From: Amoeboradix gromovi X-113
Lineage: Eukaryota; Fungi; Sanchytriomycota
Direction: 5' to 3'
Assembly: GCA_018985225.1 (NCBI GenBank)
Contig: JADGIF010000272.1
Location: 1-12,130, forward strand
Length of the DNA: 12,130 nucleotides
Shown here: positions 8,622 through 12,130 of the stretch, piece by piece
Numbering within the stretch: position 1 is the stretch's first letter
Layout: each line of letters starts with the position of its first letter
Notes under the pieces: model-generated
What the model saw: the letters and a program-made list of their open reading frames with translations, nothing else
Database searches by the model: none
What the model was told of the DNA's origin: nothing
Program-made: the position numbers and the translations under genes

Positions 8622-8941
8622 GTTACGAGTTCACTAGTGATAATAATTAGTCCCATTTTAGTTTGACCTCTTTAGTATAGAGCTCTCATTAAATAAGCTG
8701 TAATTTTCGATGGCATGGTGGACAAGTATTACTATTACCTTAATATTGTACGTCTAGCGTGGAAATCTATTCAGGGGTGATATATTCTCAATTGTATCAT
8801 TCTCAGCCACCCCAGATTGTATTATCAACTTAATTCAATTCTATTGGTATCTTTGTCAATGATAATGACTCACTCCAACACCAGCAATTCGCTGGAATAC
8901 CAGTTTCTTTATCAACGAGGAGATATGAGACCCATTCTGAC

Positions 8942-9310
8942 CAAATGTCCTATCTCTAAGTAAGAGGAATACCTAGAAATTATACTAGAGATCCGAGATC
9001 TTCATGCCACCAAATACGAAAGTTTATCAGGAATAAGAAATGATGTTCTGTGAAGGTCGCAGGCCAAAGAAAGACATCCATATGCTGCCTTGTTTGTAAA
9101 CAAAACGACATTACAAACATCAAGACAGAATACGAAAATGGTTATCGACTGAGACATTGCAACTTATGCTCAAGTGCTAATCAGCCAGGTTATTTTACGA
9201 GAGATATTTCCAGTGCATTTTCATATTGAAAAAAAGGCTTGATGGCATATTGTGGGACTGATACATCTTTCCAGGAGGTCCTCCGACTTGGAGTTGGGGA
9301 TATTTTCTGA
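8942..9310 (+). pseudogene. Second Fanzor/TnpB-like C-terminal relic with in-frame stops
   Basis: A single frame (frame 2) reads QMSYL*VRGIPRNYTRDPRSSCHQIRKFIRNKK*CSVKVAGQRKTSICCLVCKQNDITNIKTEYENGYRLRHCNLCSSANQPGYFTRDISSAFSY*KKGL. This gives a V..xQxxTSxxCxxC motif (Gln at the catalytic Glu position), a second CxxC, and RD followed by GL at exactly the RDxNAAxNIxxxGL spacing. The 5' limit is approximate. Confidence 0.75.
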
Positions 9311-9326
9311 AATTGGGTCCCATATG
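9246..9326 (+). ncRNA. Structured segment at the 3' end of the second relic; candidate omegaRNA scaffold overlapping the PRP5 start codon
   Basis: catat-(tgt)-gggac(9246-9258) pairs with gtcccatatg(9317-9326). Internal stem-loop ctccgact(9281-9288)/agttgggg(9292-9299) with two G-U pairs. Same TGGGAC/GTCCCA closing stem as the hairpin at 437-496. Confidence 0.45.
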
Positions 9327-11621
9327 AAGCGGCAACTTGAAATTAAATCCAAGTGCTTATCAAAACGGAAGAAAACCAAAATAGCTTTCGAATCTTCCAG
9401 CGACAGCGAACCTGATCAGCACATAGAAGTCAATGATAACATATTTGAGCTGGTTAAAAGACAAGCTAAATATGACATGGAACACATTACAGGGAAAGAA
9501 TTGGAAAAGCCCTTGAACAATGCGGAAGATGAAGACCAAATTGATATTGTAGACTTGGCGCAATCCTTAAAAAAGAACAAGTCTATTCAAGAAATTGATC
9601 ATTCAACCATGAATTATGATAAAATTCAGAAAAAGTTTTATCAGGAATCTAAAGAGATTGAAGAAATGACTGCTGAGGAGGTTTCTGAATACAGATCTCA
9701 ACTTGATGGCATTAATGTCAGAGGTAAAAGATGCCCTAAACCAATTAAAACCTGGGAACAGGCTGGTCTACCACATGCTTGTTTTCGAGTAATTGTAGAA
9801 GAACTGAAGTTTGCAAAGCCAACACCGATTCAATGCCAAGCACTACCTATAGCTCTGAGTGGTAGGGATATTATAGGGATCGCTAAAACCGGCTCTGGAA
9901 AGTCACTAGCTTTTCTATTGCCATTATTTAGACATGTTATGGCTCAAAAACCTATAGAGGTTGGTGATGGTCCCATAGGTATTATACTGGCACCCACAAG
10001 AGAACTCGCTAATCAGATTTACAAGGAATGTAAAAATTTTACCAGATCGCACAATATTAATGCAGTTTGTGCTTACGGTGGCAGTAACATTGCTGCGAAT
10101 ATATCTGACTTGAAAAAAGTTACTCACATCCTAGTGTCTACACCGGGTAGAATGATTGATTTAATGACTGCGGGATCCGGTAAAATACTTTCGCTCAACC
10201 GAGTGACTTACTTTGTTCTTGATGAAGCGGATAGAATGTTTGATTTGGGTTTTGAACCACAAGTCATGAGAATTGTGAGGAATGTAAGACCCGATGCGCA
10301 GAAGCTGCTATTTAGCGCTACATTTCCTCGTCAGATGAACTCTTTAGCTCGTAAAATACTAATAAGGCCTATTCAAGTAGTTGTTGGAGGTCTTAGCGTA
10401 GTTTGCAATGATGTTGCCTTGCACGTTGAAGTGTTTTATGAAGAAGAAAGGAAGTGGTGGAGGTTATTACAAGTTTTGGGCGAGGAATTTAAGAAAAACC
10501 CAAACTCTCGAGTTTTAGTATTTGTTGACCGTCAAGAGAGTTGTGAGTATCTACTTGGTGAACTATTTAAGCGCGGATACTGCAGTATGTCATTGCATGG
10601 GAGCAAAGATCAATCAGAGCGAGATTCGGTTATAACTGATTTCAAATGTGGAAATATTCCGATAGTTATAGCCACATCTGTCGCTGCTCGCGGTTTGGAT
10701 GTGAAAGGATTGAATTTGGTTGTTAATTACGACTGCCCAAACCATTATGAGGACATGGTACATAGGTGTGGTAGGACAGGCAGAGCAGGTAATAAGGGTG
10801 TGGCATACACCTTTATAACTAGAGAACAGGAACAATATGCGCCTGAAATAGCCAGAGCACTTTCTGCATCTAAGACACCAATCCCTGACGATTTACAAAA
10901 ACTAGTGGATGCGTTTCAGCAAAAATACCAAAATGGTGAGGTTAGCAAACCTAACTCAGGATTTAGCGGCAAAGGCTTAGATAGAATAGAGCATCAAAGA
11001 GAAGAAGTGAAAAAGGTACAAAAGGGTATGACGCATAATGAGGAATCCTCTGAATCAGAAAATGAGCAAATTGCTGAAATTTACAAATCAAACAAAAAGT
11101 CAAGCAGCAATCAGAAACAGCAGGAAGATGAGGAGATATTCCTACTAGAAGAGACAGCTTATAGGACTGCAATTCAGCTAACTGATCCATACAACACTCT
11201 TGTGCCAACTAGTAAGGGACCTATGAGAGGAATTGATTACATAAAGATGGCAGAGGAAAAGATGAAGAAGATGTTCAGCAGCGGGAAGGTCATAAAAATA
11301 AGGACGACAGACAGCGCATACATGTACAAGACAGAAGTCGAAATAAACGACTATCCGGCAAAAACTAGATTTAGACTGACATCTAAAGAGCAACTAAACG
11401 CGTTCCACGAGTTAAGTGGAGCAGTAGTTACCGTTAGAGGCAGATACTACCCAGCTGGGTATAGACCGCGGAGAAACGAGGAGAAAAAGTTGTTCATTGG
11501 AATTGAGAGTGGTAGTTTTGACTTCGTTGAAAAAGCAAGAAATGAAATAATGAAGGAATTATCAGATGCGGCATCTGAGCCAATTGAATTTGGACAGGGA
11601 AACAGATATTCAGTGACTTGA
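9324..11621 (+). CDS. PRP5: Pre-mRNA-processing DEAD-box RNA helicase Prp5/DDX46, 765 aa from the first ATG
   Basis: Q motif PTPIQCQALP, AKTGSGKS, PTRELA, TPGRMID, LDEADRMFDLGFEPQV, SAT, TSVAARGLDV, HRCGRTGRAG, and the DDX46-specific C-terminus (SGFSGKG; EINDYPAKTRFRLT..SGAVVTVRGRYYP..KLFIGIE; GNRYSV). The track's GTG start at 9252 lies inside the Fanzor relic. Confidence 0.95.
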   Translation: MKRQLEIKSKCLSKRKKTKIAFESSSDSEPDQHIEVNDNIFELVKRQAKYDMEHITGKELEKPLNNAEDEDQIDIVDLAQSLKKNKSIQEIDHSTMNYDKIQKKFYQESKEIEEMTAEEVSEYRSQLDGINVRGKRCPKPIKTWEQAGLPHACFRVIVEELKFAKPTPIQCQALPIALSGRDIIGIAKTGSGKSLAFLLPLFRHVMAQKPIEVGDGPIGIILAPTRELANQIYKECKNFTRSHNINAVCAYGGSNIAANISDLKKVTHILVSTPGRMIDLMTAGSGKILSLNRVTYFVLDEADRMFDLGFEPQVMRIVRNVRPDAQKLLFSATFPRQMNSLARKILIRPIQVVVGGLSVVCNDVALHVEVFYEEERKWWRLLQVLGEEFKKNPNSRVLVFVDRQESCEYLLGELFKRGYCSMSLHGSKDQSERDSVITDFKCGNIPIVIATSVAARGLDVKGLNLVVNYDCPNHYEDMVHRCGRTGRAGNKGVAYTFITREQEQYAPEIARALSASKTPIPDDLQKLVDAFQQKYQNGEVSKPNSGFSGKGLDRIEHQREEVKKVQKGMTHNEESSESENEQIAEIYKSNKKSSSNQKQQEDEEIFLLEETAYRTAIQLTDPYNTLVPTSKGPMRGIDYIKMAEEKMKKMFSSGKVIKIRTTDSAYMYKTEVEINDYPAKTRFRLTSKEQLNAFHELSGAVVTVRGRYYPAGYRPRRNEEKKLFIGIESGSFDFVEKARNEIMKELSDAASEPIEFGQGNRYSVT

Positions 11622-11632
11622 ACAAATTTATT

Positions 11633-11818
11633 TTAGCGTAACAAGTACACCAAAGGACCTCTATGATTAACCATGTTTAGTTGTGAAATAAATAAGTCTT
11701 TTTCAAGTACTGGCCTATCTTTTAGATTAAAATCAGGAGTTTGAGCTTTACTGGCTAGGTCTCTTAAACTCAAGTTACTGCTACTTCTAGTCACTTTTCT
11801 AGGCTTGAGGTTAGGCAT
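11633..11818 (-). CDS. Possible small protein (61 aa, MPNLKPRKVTRSSS...), or the read-through tail of the upstream relic
   Basis: Stop is 11 bp from the PRP5 stop, matching the tight convergent packing of real genes here. No family recognised; the frame is continuous with the upstream CFKC..LNI motif. Confidence 0.35.
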   Translation of the reverse strand: MPNLKPRKVTRSSSNLSLRDLASKAQTPDFNLKDRPVLEKDLFISQLNMVNHRGPLVYLLR

Positions 11819-11869
11819 TTTAAATGATTCTGATGTTAGGCTTCGAGTAATCTTACGAGAGAACCAAAA

Positions 11870-12130
11870 CTCGCAAGAGATATTCAACATCCGATAGCTC
11901 GGCCACGATTTTTGAATATGGCATTTGAAACAATGTAACCAATATCTGTTTGAAAGCTAAAAGATACATGATTAATCCTGAAATCTCAACACTGGTGCAG
12001 TGTGGCAGCGGGTGATCCACTGTAAAACTCAACGAACTAATCAAGCAAGATATCTATATTATGTCAACCAGCGATTATAGGAAACAGTATTGCTACCGTT
12101 TCTTCTCTGCCACCGAGTCACCCATTTCCT
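11870..12130 (-). pseudogene. Probable decayed Fanzor C-terminal relic, truncated by the window edge
   Basis: On the minus strand in order: MGDS or GNG, RRNGSNTVSYNRWLT*YRYLA*LV, FVEFYS (frameshifted), RC/PHC (broken first CxxC), then SNRYWLHCFKCHIQKSWPSYRMLNI (CFKC at 11932-11921). It parallels YRLRHCNLC and RLRQCKHC in the other relics but needs several frameshifts, and the RD is not intact. Confidence 0.45.

Noticed and set aside
8700-8820. Minus-strand IKVIVI / SNTCPPCHRKL resembling a first Fanzor CxxC upstream of the 705-aa gene
   Set aside because: Single CxxC, no second Cys pair or RuvC-III, and many stops. Not supportable alone, though worth including in a profile scan.
1260-11393. 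Short ORFs overlapping the main genes (e.g. 1260-1568, 5787-6198, 6991-7173, 9360-11393 minus strand)
   Set aside because: Antisense shadows of long conserved CDSs with no recognisable motifs.
3-12130. Stop-codon reassignment as an explanation for stops in the relics
   Set aside because: Host genes end in TAA, TAG and TGA at the expected C-termini and have no internal stops, and most relics also need frameshifts.

Overview
AT-rich, very compact eukaryotic genomic DNA in the standard code, with almost no introns and convergent stop codons 2-25 bp apart. An early-diverging fungus or similarly reduced opisthokont is an inference, not an identification. Host genes: a divergent VPS29, a 274-aa orphan, an RMD1/DUF155-family gene split by a 19- or 28-nt intron, VPS18/PEP3, a 705-aa orphan, PRP5/DDX46 and a possible small ORF. 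The ORF track misses the main signal: the longer intergenic spacers contain decayed C-terminal halves of Fanzor (eukaryotic TnpB-like, RNA-guided RuvC nuclease) genes. Two are clear (3-426, about 8942-9310) and two are weaker (11870-12130, 2028-2279). Each points toward the start codon of the next gene. The two clear relics each end in a long hairpin closed by the same TGGGAC...GTCCCA stem, a candidate omegaRNA scaffold, which ends about 20 nt before the VPS29 ATG and overlaps the PRP5 ATG.
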